From an uncultured Prevotella sp. (GTDB taxonomy: Bacteria > Bacteroidota > Bacteroidia > Bacteroidales > Bacteroidaceae), in contig CAJOCR010000003.1 of the NCBI GenBank assembly GCA_905236755.1, positions 77,550-141,549 on the forward strand: 64,000 nucleotides of DNA, in the 5' to 3' direction. This document shows positions 8,429 through 17,136 of the stretch, in pieces; position 1 is the stretch's first letter; the number at the start of each line of letters is the position of its first letter. The notes beneath the pieces are model-generated. The model made no database searches, had not been told where the DNA came from, and saw only the letters and a list, made by a program, of their open reading frames with translations. The translations under genes and the position numbers were made by a program.

Positions 8429-10025
8429 CACTCTTCATATATTCCGCGCACGCCTCAGCGCAACGCTCACCATCGACACCTGCTGACACAATGCCACCAG
8501 CATAGCCTGCACCCTCGCCACATGGGAAGAGACCGTGCACACGAACGTGTTCAAGGGTTTCCTTATCACGAATGATGCGCACAGGAGCTGATGTACGTGT
8601 TTCGGTGGCTATGCACACTGCCTCGTTGGTGAGGAATCCGTGGGCATGCTTACCGAAGGTTTTGAAACCTTGTTGCAGTCGCTTGCTGATGAAGTCGGGC
8701 ATCCAGAAATGCAGAGGCGATGAGATGAGTCCTGGTGCATAACTTGACTTTGGAAGGTCGTATGACAGACGGTTATTCACGAAGTCAGCCATGCGCTGTG
8801 CAGGAGCTGTCTGCTTCATATTACCTTGCTGCCAGCAGTTTTTCTCGAGCTGTTCCTGGAATGTCATCACGGCTAAGGCTGGGTTCTGATTATCGTCGGT
8901 GGCAGGGATATCCTCTGGACGCACCTCGACAACCATTCCTGAGTTGCTCCATGCTGTGCCACGGTTAGCAGGACTCATACCATTGACTACAATCTGCTCG
9001 CTTCCTGTGGCTGCAGGGATGACGAATCCTCCCGGACACATACAGAAGCTATATACGCCTCGGCCGTCAACCTGTGTGACAAACGAGTATTCGGCAGCAG
9101 GCAAGTATTTTCCTCTACCGTTCTTGTTGTGATACTGTATCTGGTCGATGAGCTGTGCTGGGTGTTCCAAACGCACACCTACGGCTATGCCCTTTGCCTC
9201 GATATCAACCTTTGCAGAAGCAAGATAACGATACACATCACGGGCGCTGTGTCCTGTGGCAAGGATTACCGGTCCCTGGAACGTTACTTCTTTGTTGTCG
9301 GCATCGAGCTTAACAGCCTCAACACCCACTACTGTTGCATCGCCATTCTGGGAATGATTGATGATGAGCGATGTCATCTTGGTTTGGAAATGCACCTCTC
9401 CACCACAAGCGATGATGGTCTTGCGCATATTCTCAATGACACGTGGCAGTTTGTCGGTACCAATATGCGGATGTGCATCGGCAAGAATGTTTGTGCTTGC
9501 TCCATGCTGACAGAACACATTCAGGATTTTGTCCACGCTACCACGTTTCTTACTACGTGTGTAGAGCTTACCATCGGAATAGGCTCCAGCTCCACCCTCA
9601 CCAAAGCTGTAGTTTGATTCTGGATCAACTTTCTGAGTCTTGGTGATATTAGCCATGTCAACCTTACGTGAGCGTACATCCTTGCCTCTCTCAAGTACAA
9701 TAGGACGATAGCCCAACTCAATGAGTTTAAGTGAGGCAAAGAGTCCGCCTGGTCCCTCGCCTACTACAATTACCTGTGGACGGTCAGAGACATCTGGGTA
9801 ATCGGTATGTATGTACTCATCGTCTTGTGGAAACTCGTTGATATATGCGCGCACCTTAAGATTGAAATATATCTGTCGCTGACGTGCATCGATGGATTTC
9901 TTTAGCACACGCACATGATGAAGGGTGCGTATATCAACACCCTTCTCATCTGCAAGATACTTCTTTATGTTCTCCTCAGAATAGGCTACCTGAGGAACAA
10001 CTCTCAACTGATATTCTTCGATCAT
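8421..10025 (-). CDS. NAD(P)/FAD-dependent oxidoreductase (uncharacterised FAD-dependent dehydrogenase family)
   Basis: VVGEGPGG, GEGGAGAYSDGKL, CMCPGG, GEGAGYAGGIVSAGVDG. Start moved to MIEEYQ (10025) because the longer ORF runs through a promoter and a repeat. Confidence 0.88.
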   Translation of the reverse strand: MIEEYQLRVVPQVAYSEENIKKYLADEKGVDIRTLHHVRVLKKSIDARQRQIYFNLKVRAYINEFPQDDEYIHTDYPDVSDRPQVIVVGEGPGGLFASLKLIELGYRPIVLERGKDVRSRKVDMANITKTQKVDPESNYSFGEGGAGAYSDGKLYTRSKKRGSVDKILNVFCQHGASTNILADAHPHIGTDKLPRVIENMRKTIIACGGEVHFQTKMTSLIINHSQNGDATVVGVEAVKLDADNKEVTFQGPVILATGHSARDVYRYLASAKVDIEAKGIAVGVRLEHPAQLIDQIQYHNKNGRGKYLPAAEYSFVTQVDGRGVYSFCMCPGGFVIPAATGSEQIVVNGMSPANRGTAWSNSGMVVEVRPEDIPATDDNQNPALAVMTFQEQLEKNCWQQGNMKQTAPAQRMADFVNNRLSYDLPKSSYAPGLISSPLHFWMPDFISKRLQQGFKTFGKHAHGFLTNEAVCIATETRTSAPVRIIRDKETLEHVRVHGLFPCGEGAGYAGGIVSAGVDGERCAEACAEYMKSVL

Positions 10026-10029
10026 GGTG

Positions 10030-10037
10030 CAAAGGTA
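10030..10037 (-). promoter_or_regulatory. Bacteroidetes -7 promoter box, probably leaderless transcript
   Basis: Minus strand reads TACCTTTG-CACC-ATG. Confidence 0.65.
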
Positions 10038-10054
10038 ATAAAAAAAAAGTAATA

Positions 10055-10086
10055 AGCCTCCCCCATCCCCCTCCAAAGGGAGGGGG
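10055..10086 (-). repeat. Family A palindromic repeat, copy 2
   Basis: Reverse complement is CCCCCTCCCTTTGGAGGGGGATGGGGGAGGCT. Confidence 0.85.
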
Positions 10087-10189
10087 CTATCAAACATGCT
10101 GAATCATTTAGCTATAAAAACTCATATAGGGGGCTATCAAATTACAGGAATTAGTCAATTATCATCAACTACCTCTTTCGCAGTTTGTA

Positions 10190-10222
10190 CTCCCTCCCCC
10201 TTTGGGGAGGGCGGGGAGAGGC
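10190..10222 (+). repeat. Family A palindromic repeat, copy 3
   Basis: CTCCCTCCCCCTTTGGGGAGGGCGGGGAGAGGC, immediately beyond the GHL10 stop codon. Confidence 0.85.
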
Positions 10223-10223
10223 G

Positions 10224-11702
10224 TCAACGCCTAACGCTTGCCTTCTTGCTCTCATTCCCCACTCTATCCAAAGAGGTGACAACATAGGTGCACTTCTCGG
10301 ATGTGGCAGGTAGCTTGAGCATTGTCTGGTAAGTCACGGCAATGATGGCAGAAGGGTCTGAGAGGTTTACCTTCTCGCCTTTCTTAAAGCGATATACAAC
10401 AAACTTGTTGGCCTCGTCGCCCCATTTCTTTGCCTTAGGAGCTGTCCAGAAGAGCACAGGACCATTGCCCATATCAAGAACCTTGAGCTTGCGTGGTTTC
10501 TTAGGTGCCTTGCTGTCGAGCCATGGCATGAGAGGATGAAGGGCTGGATAGCGCCAATAGGTGTTGCGGAGATTAGTGCCGTAATTACCTATATCGTCAA
10601 CAACAACCTTTGCATACCATAGCACTGTTCCGTTTACATTCTCCATCTGCTGGTGAAGAATGTGCTTAGCTGGCTGCTGGTTGCTGTTTGGATTCTGTGG
10701 ATCGGGGTATTTTACTGTGCGTTCTACATCCTCACCAATATAAAGAGGACGGTTGCCTGCATATTTGTTCCACCACTGGATAAGTTCTTTGTAATCGGCT
10801 GTAGGGTGACCAATCTGCCAATAAAGCTGTGGCACACAGTAATCGCACCAGCCCTCGTTAACCCATTTTATTACATCGGCATAGAGGTCGTCATAGTTCT
10901 GCAAACCTTTGGTCTTTGAACCTGTAGGGGTAACGCTCTGGTTTCTGAAGATACCAAAAGGAGAAACACCGAACTTTACCCATGGCTTAGCGGCATGGAT
11001 AGAGTCGGAAAGCTGCTTTACGAATACATCTACATTATGGCGACGCCAGTCATTGCGATTGGTGAATCCATCGTTGTAACGTTTGAAGTCGGCATCATCA
11101 GGAATGACATTGCCTGGTGCTGGATATGGATAGAAATAATCGTCGATATGGAATCCATCGATGTCGTAACGGCGAACGATATCAGAAGCTACACGACAGA
11201 TGTATTCGCGGTTCTCAGGCAGAGCAGGATTAAGAATAAACTGATTATCGTAAGGGAACACACGATCAGGATGCTGAATAGTCACATGGCTGTTTGCCAA
11301 CTGATGAGTGGTCTTTGTCTTAGCACGATAAGGGTTTATCCATGCATGGAGTTCCATACCACGTTTGTGACACTCTTGAACCATCCAAGCCAATGGGTCC
11401 CAATAAGGAACAGGAGCCTTACCCTGTTCGCCTGTTAGGAAACGGCTCCATGGGTCGTAAGGCGAGGCATACAAGGCATCGCACTCTGCACGCACCTGGA
11501 AGATAATGGCATTGACACCATCGCGCTGTAGCTCGTCGAGCTGGTGAGTAAGAGTTTGTTGCATTCGCTGAGTTCCTAAGCCAATCCATTGACCATTAAC
11601 ACACTGTATCCATGCGCCACGGAACTCTCGTTTGTTCTGTGCTTGAGAAGGAATACTGTTTACTGCAAAAAGCAAAGCCAGAAGCAATAATTTGAATTTC
11701 AT
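10224..11702 (-). CDS. Glycoside hydrolase-like 10 (YddW/DigH-like) protein with Fn3-like C-terminus
   Basis: Signal peptide, EFRGAWI, FQVRAECDALY, WDPL, LHAWINPYR, YDIDG.HIDDYFYPY, FGVSPFGI, PQLYW. Confidence 0.88.
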   Translation of the reverse strand: MKFKLLLLALLFAVNSIPSQAQNKREFRGAWIQCVNGQWIGLGTQRMQQTLTHQLDELQRDGVNAIIFQVRAECDALYASPYDPWSRFLTGEQGKAPVPYWDPLAWMVQECHKRGMELHAWINPYRAKTKTTHQLANSHVTIQHPDRVFPYDNQFILNPALPENREYICRVASDIVRRYDIDGFHIDDYFYPYPAPGNVIPDDADFKRYNDGFTNRNDWRRHNVDVFVKQLSDSIHAAKPWVKFGVSPFGIFRNQSVTPTGSKTKGLQNYDDLYADVIKWVNEGWCDYCVPQLYWQIGHPTADYKELIQWWNKYAGNRPLYIGEDVERTVKYPDPQNPNSNQQPAKHILHQQMENVNGTVLWYAKVVVDDIGNYGTNLRNTYWRYPALHPLMPWLDSKAPKKPRKLKVLDMGNGPVLFWTAPKAKKWGDEANKFVVYRFKKGEKVNLSDPSAIIAVTYQTMLKLPATSEKCTYVVTSLDRVGNESKKASVRR

Positions 11703-11737
11703 ATCAGTTTATTGTATTTAGATTTATAATTGTGCCA

Positions 11738-11846
11738 CAAAGATAATAAATCTTCTTTTATCTTCACATAACTTCTTTTATCTTCTTCTATTTATTACAG
11801 AAAAATGAGTTTTATTTGTATTTTTCATGTTTTTGTAGTAATTTTG
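11738..11846. promoter_or_regulatory. Divergent -7 promoter boxes
   Basis: TATCTTTG on minus (11738-11745) and TAATTTTG on plus (11839-11846), each just upstream of its gene. Confidence 0.55.
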
Positions 11847-11854
11847 GCTACTAA

Positions 11855-13900
11855 ATGATGAAAACACGATTGAACTACATATTATCTACACTTGTGATGC
11901 TGGTTTTAGCCACAGGAAATGTCCACAGTCAGAGCAGACCTGATTTGGATTTGCTGGAACGTGTATATAATTATGCGTCAACCGTTGACACTACATCAAA
12001 GGAAACTGAAAGCTACACATATACTAAGGCTACATTCAACATAAAGAAACGCAATATAACGCTGTTGGCTGTGCCTACTATGTATTCTATTGCTCACAGA
12101 GCCGACAGACGGCAGTTTCTTACTGAGAGTTTCTCAAAGGTGCACTTCCACAACTTCAACTCGTATGAGTCGCAACCAATATTAAATATCAGCACTATTC
12201 CTCACCAACGAGGAACGCTGACAAGAATACTGCCTTATCTGAAACCAAAGATTTATGATGAGACAATAGTGGGAAGCTATTTGCTGTCGCCATTCTGCAA
12301 AGCTAACAAAAGGTATTATAAATATAGTGTGAAGTTTCTGCTGAACGGAACAGCCCGTGTTACTTATTCGCCAGTGAATGACAACACTCAGCTGGTAAAG
12401 GGCCAGGCTATTGTTGACTACGAAACAGGTAGGGTTATCTCAACGATATTGGGAGGCGAGTTTGACATGGTTCACTTCTCATTGGGCATGAACATGGGAG
12501 AAGACGGAATAAAAACTCTTGTTCCTACTGATGTGAGACTGAACACAAGATTTAATTTCCTTGGATCGAGAACAGAAGCCAACCTAAGAACGCTGTATGG
12601 CTTGAATAAGCCTGATATAGACTCAACACAGACTGACGACATAAGAAAGATGGAGAAGGCTCGTCCTGTGCCTTTGTCGGCTTACGAGCAGTTTATTCTT
12701 GACGACCACATAGAACGTCTGAAGGATGAAAACAATACCAACAAAAAAGGTACGTGGGCAAAGGATGTGTTGTGGGACAGAATTGGCGACAACTTGCTGA
12801 ACAACATCAAAGGCAACTTTGGTATGCAAAATCAGGGCTATCTGCGCATTAATCCCCTACTCAACCCATTGTATATGGGTTACGACAACCATAGAGGTTT
12901 TATATATAAGTTTGATATAAGACTGAAATATGCTTTTACAAGCAACAGCGAGATAAGCGCCCGTTATAATGCTGGTTATTCGTTTAAGAGGAAACAGTTG
13001 CATTTCAAGCTTCCTGTGATGTTTTACTATAACAAGAAGCGCAACGGATTTATTCAGGCAGAGGTGGGTAATGGCAACTGGATAAAGAACGGACATGCAC
13101 AGAATGCTGCCGAAGAGGCTTATAATGCTACACACGAAGACACACTAAGTGTGAAATATCCTAAGATGATATATTTCAAGGATAGCTATTTCAGACTGGT
13201 GAACAATAATGACATAAGCCAGAACTGGGGTGTGCAGTTTGGTATAATCTTACACCGAAGAAATGCTGTGGAGAAATATGCCTACCGGTTGGCTGGGATG
13301 CCCGACCACTACACATCAGCTGCACCTACAATACAGCTGCAATGGCGTCCTACAGGCTGGAACGGTATGTTCTTAACTCTTGATTACGAAAGGTCGTTTG
13401 AGCATTTCTTAGGTGCCAACATTGCCTACGAACGCATTGAGTTTGATGCACAACAGATAAAACGACTGAGCCGATTGCAGGCGTTGAAGATGAGGTTAGG
13501 CGCTGGTGGCTACACATATAAACATGGTCCAAACTATTTCCTTGACTATGCAAACTTCAGAGAAAATTATATTCCTGGAGGATGGAATGACGACTGGAGC
13601 GGAGAGTTTGAACTGTTGAACAGCGATTACTATAACAACTCGAAATACTATATAAGAGGAAACCTAACCTACGAATCGCCATTGATGTTGGCTGCACATC
13701 TGCCGTGGATAGGACATTTCTTTGAGATGGAGAGACTCTATTCGAGTGCTCTGTGGGCAAAGGATATTCATCCATACATAGAAATAGGATATGGATTCAC
13801 CACACGACTGCTGTCGGCAGGTATTTTCATGAACAACAAAAACGGAAAGTTTGAGGGATTTGGTGTGAAGTTTGGATTGGAACTCTTCCGCCATTGGTAA
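11855..13900 (+). CDS. Exported / outer-membrane protein, DUF5686-like
   Basis: 681 aa, signal peptide, beta-strand-rich C-terminal half ending FGVKFGLELFRHW. Confidence 0.55.
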   Translation: MMKTRLNYILSTLVMLVLATGNVHSQSRPDLDLLERVYNYASTVDTTSKETESYTYTKATFNIKKRNITLLAVPTMYSIAHRADRRQFLTESFSKVHFHNFNSYESQPILNISTIPHQRGTLTRILPYLKPKIYDETIVGSYLLSPFCKANKRYYKYSVKFLLNGTARVTYSPVNDNTQLVKGQAIVDYETGRVISTILGGEFDMVHFSLGMNMGEDGIKTLVPTDVRLNTRFNFLGSRTEANLRTLYGLNKPDIDSTQTDDIRKMEKARPVPLSAYEQFILDDHIERLKDENNTNKKGTWAKDVLWDRIGDNLLNNIKGNFGMQNQGYLRINPLLNPLYMGYDNHRGFIYKFDIRLKYAFTSNSEISARYNAGYSFKRKQLHFKLPVMFYYNKKRNGFIQAEVGNGNWIKNGHAQNAAEEAYNATHEDTLSVKYPKMIYFKDSYFRLVNNNDISQNWGVQFGIILHRRNAVEKYAYRLAGMPDHYTSAAPTIQLQWRPTGWNGMFLTLDYERSFEHFLGANIAYERIEFDAQQIKRLSRLQALKMRLGAGGYTYKHGPNYFLDYANFRENYIPGGWNDDWSGEFELLNSDYYNNSKYYIRGNLTYESPLMLAAHLPWIGHFFEMERLYSSALWAKDIHPYIEIGYGFTTRLLSAGIFMNNKNGKFEGFGVKFGLELFRHW

Positions 13901-13914
13901 TAAAAGAAACGACG

Positions 13915-16900
13915 ATGAACAAAGCATTAACAGTATATAAGGCTTCGGCTGGATCGGGAAAAACATTCACACTGGCTGTGGAATATATCCGACTGCTGAT
14001 TGAAAACCCACAAAGCTATAAGAATATTCTTGCTGTGACCTTTACCAATAAGGCCACAGAGGAGATGAAGCTGAGAATTCTTTCGCAGCTTTATGGAATA
14101 GCCAACAGTCTGGAGGATTCTGATGATTACCTTATGATGGTAATGAAAACATCAGAGTTGTCGAAGGAACAGATAAGAGAAAGGGCAAAGCAGGCTCTCA
14201 CACTTTTGATTCATAACTACAACTATTTCAATGTAGAAACCATTGATGCTTTCTTTCAGTCGGTGCTGCGTAATCTGGCCCGCGAGCTGGAACTTACAGC
14301 CAACATGAAGCTTGTGCTTAACGACAAGCAGACTGAGGAGCAGGCTGTTGATGAGATGATTGACGAGCTGGATTCTAACAACCCTATTCTGAACTGGATA
14401 TTGGAATATATCCGTCAGAACATGGATGAAGACCGTTCGTGGAACATTATAGGACAGATAAAGTCGTTTGGACAGAACATCCTAAAGGATTTCTATAAGA
14501 ACCATCAAGATAAACTGAACAATGCTCTTGAGAAGAAAGACTTCTTCAAACACTTTTATACCACTATGCGGAATATAAAGAAAAGTGCCGAAGAAAGTCT
14601 GCAGGGGTATGCAACACAGTTCTTTAATGCATTGGAGAACAGTGGTCATGATGTGAGTTGTCTGTCGAATGGCAAATCGGGAGTGGCAAGCTATTTCGTG
14701 AAACTGCAAGCAGGCAAATACACTACAGATGATGTACTGGGAAAACGTGTGCAGGCGGGTCTTGAGAATGCAGAAAGCTGGGTGAAGAAATCGCAGGCTC
14801 ATCCTGGTGACGAGGTTTACGATCTTGTGGAAAGCACATTGCTGCCTATACTGAGAGATGCCGAAGCACACAGACCTACATTAGTAAAAGACTATCTGAG
14901 TGCTGAGATAACAATGAAGCATCTCAGTCAGCTTAGACTATTGCAAAGCATCAGCAAGAAGGTTGCCGACAAGAATGCCATGAATGGACATTTCATGCTT
15001 TCAAACACACAACTGTTGTTGCAGAGCCTTATTGACGAGAGTGATTCGCCATTTATATACGAGAAGATTGGTTCGCGCCTTGACCACATCATGATTGATG
15101 AGTTTCAGGACACCAGTACCGTTCAATGGAAGAACTTCAAGGTGTTGCTTGAAGATACTATGAGTCATGGAGCAAGCAGCGGCAATGACGAAAGCAAGAA
15201 TGTGCGCAACCTGATAGTTGGCGATGTGAAGCAGAGTATATACCGTTGGCGTTCGGGCGACTGGCGATTGCTGAATAATATAGAAAGTGAGTTTGCTCCC
15301 TACTCTATTACATCGGAAACGCTAAAGACAAACTATCGTTCGCAAAGACGTGTGATAAACTTCAATAATGCGTTTTTCAGAGAGGCGATAAAGATTGAAG
15401 CCGAAAAGATTAACGAACTGAAGAGTGTTGATGCTGACGAGATGTCGAGAGCATATAGCGATGTGGCTCAGGAGATTCCTGAGAAACGCGACGAGAAAGG
15501 CTATGTGGAGATAAACCTCTTGCCTAAGGAAGACTACGATAACAACACCCTTGAAAAAGTGAAGGCTACTATCATGCAGCTGATGGCTATGGGCGAGAAA
15601 ACGCAAGATATATGTATTCTTGTGCGTAACCGCAGATCGATTCAGGAAATAGGTAATTACCTGATGCGACAGATGCCTGACGTGCCATTGGTAAGCGATG
15701 AGGCATTTAAACTTGATGCCTCGATGGCTGTAAATGCAATTGTGTATGCTATGCATCTGCTTTCTGGCGAAGACCTTATAGCAAAAGCCTATCTTGTGAA
15801 AACATGGCTGAAGGTGAACAACAAAGAGAATAACTTTATTACCTACGAAAACTTTGATGCTGTGTTGCCACAGGAATATGTTGCAGGCAAGGAGGAACTG
15901 CTTCGTATGCCTATGGTGGATATGGCAGAAAGGATTTATGAGATTTTCCATCTTGAAAGACTGGCTAACCAGAGTGCTTATGTGTGTGCCTTCTACGACG
16001 AACTAAACAGTTACCTGCAAGATAATATTCCAGACATAGACACTTTCTGGAAGAAGTGGAATGAGGATATTCATGAGAAGACTATCATGAGTAGTGAGCC
16101 TAATGGCGTAAGACTGCTTACTATTCACAAGAGTAAGGGCTTGGAGTTTAACTCGGTTATTATGCCCTATTGTGACTGGGCATTAGAGAAGACAAATGAT
16201 AATGTTATATGGTGCGAGCCTAAGGCTGAACCGTATAACGAGTTGCCTCTTGTGCCTGTGGATTTTTCAGCAAAGCTAACTGACACTATCTATTCAGAAG
16301 ACTACGAGCAGGAACACATGCAGAACATCGTGGATAATCTGAACCTGCTGTATGTGGCGTTTACACGTGCAGGAAGCAATCTGTATGTCATTGCAAAGGG
16401 AAATGCCAAGGAGAACGATCGCTCGGCGATAATCAATCAGGTAATAGACAAAATTGCACAGGAACTGGATACAGAAGTTAAAGAGGAAGACGACATAACA
16501 ACTATGTGTTATGGCGAGCCTGTGGTGATAGAGAAAAGCAAGAAGGAAAGCAAGAATATTTTCTTACAGCCTGTAGGCTCAGAAAAACTGGATATTATGT
16601 CATTCCATAATCCTGCACATTTCAAACAGAGTAACGACAGTAAGGATTTTATTTCGAAAGAAATAGAAGACGATGATGAGAAAGAGCGTAAGAGCTACAT
16701 CCGCTTGGGATGTGTGCTGCATAACCTTTTCTCAACAATAAACAATATTGATGACCTGCCAGCTGCACTTAAATCATTAGAGAGCGAAGGTGTGCTGTAT
16801 GATGACAATATCACTCCACAGAGTCTGCAAAAGATGTTAAACGAAAGATTTGATAATCCACAAGTAAAAGACTGGTTCTCAAACCGTTGGAGTTTATACA

Positions 16901-17136
16901 ATGAGTGTTCTATTCTAAGATACGACACAGTAACAGGCGAAGTGGTTGAACGCAGACCAGACCGTGTGATGAGTGACGGCGAGAAGATGATTGTTGTGGA
17001 TTTCAAGTTTGGTAAACCAAACGAGAAATACCATGCTCAGGTGCACGAATACATGCAGTTGCTCACCGACATGGGACACAAGAATGTTGAGGGATATTTA
17101 TGGTATGTGTATAGCAATAAAATAGTTAAAGTATGA
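13915..17136 (+). CDS. addA: UvrD-like helicase/nuclease, AddA-like
   Basis: ASAGSGKT, MIDEFQD, VGDVKQSIYRWR, NYRS, TIHKSKGLE, LYVAFTRA and C-terminal RPDR...VDFKFG nuclease motif. Confidence 0.85.
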   Translation: MNKALTVYKASAGSGKTFTLAVEYIRLLIENPQSYKNILAVTFTNKATEEMKLRILSQLYGIANSLEDSDDYLMMVMKTSELSKEQIRERAKQALTLLIHNYNYFNVETIDAFFQSVLRNLARELELTANMKLVLNDKQTEEQAVDEMIDELDSNNPILNWILEYIRQNMDEDRSWNIIGQIKSFGQNILKDFYKNHQDKLNNALEKKDFFKHFYTTMRNIKKSAEESLQGYATQFFNALENSGHDVSCLSNGKSGVASYFVKLQAGKYTTDDVLGKRVQAGLENAESWVKKSQAHPGDEVYDLVESTLLPILRDAEAHRPTLVKDYLSAEITMKHLSQLRLLQSISKKVADKNAMNGHFMLSNTQLLLQSLIDESDSPFIYEKIGSRLDHIMIDEFQDTSTVQWKNFKVLLEDTMSHGASSGNDESKNVRNLIVGDVKQSIYRWRSGDWRLLNNIESEFAPYSITSETLKTNYRSQRRVINFNNAFFREAIKIEAEKINELKSVDADEMSRAYSDVAQEIPEKRDEKGYVEINLLPKEDYDNNTLEKVKATIMQLMAMGEKTQDICILVRNRRSIQEIGNYLMRQMPDVPLVSDEAFKLDASMAVNAIVYAMHLLSGEDLIAKAYLVKTWLKVNNKENNFITYENFDAVLPQEYVAGKEELLRMPMVDMAERIYEIFHLERLANQSAYVCAFYDELNSYLQDNIPDIDTFWKKWNEDIHEKTIMSSEPNGVRLLTIHKSKGLEFNSVIMPYCDWALEKTNDNVIWCEPKAEPYNELPLVPVDFSAKLTDTIYSEDYEQEHMQNIVDNLNLLYVAFTRAGSNLYVIAKGNAKENDRSAIINQVIDKIAQELDTEVKEEDDITTMCYGEPVVIEKSKKESKNIFLQPVGSEKLDIMSFHNPAHFKQSNDSKDFISKEIEDDDEKERKSYIRLGCVLHNLFSTINNIDDLPAALKSLESEGVLYDDNITPQSLQKMLNERFDNPQVKDWFSNRWSLYNECSILRYDTVTGEVVERRPDRVMSDGEKMIVVDFKFGKPNEKYHAQVHEYMQLLTDMGHKNVEGYLWYVYSNKIVKV

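Noticed and set aside
7697-8575. 292-aa plus-strand ORF
   Set aside because: It is the antisense shadow of the Gfo/Idh/MocA gene, extended by the stop-free 9-bp array; no motifs.
10074-10077. TTTG in the Family A loop as the -33 element of the FAD-oxidoreductase promoter
   Set aside because: It is 36 nt from the -7 box; the expected spacing is about 19-21 nt.
10026-10097. ORF-track N-terminal extensions (8421..10097, 24740, 35891, 36535, 40490..41824, 56172..56744, 39780..40241, 13894)
   Set aside because: They run through promoters, repeats or neighbouring genes; downstream ATGs have the proper A-rich context and match family N-termini.
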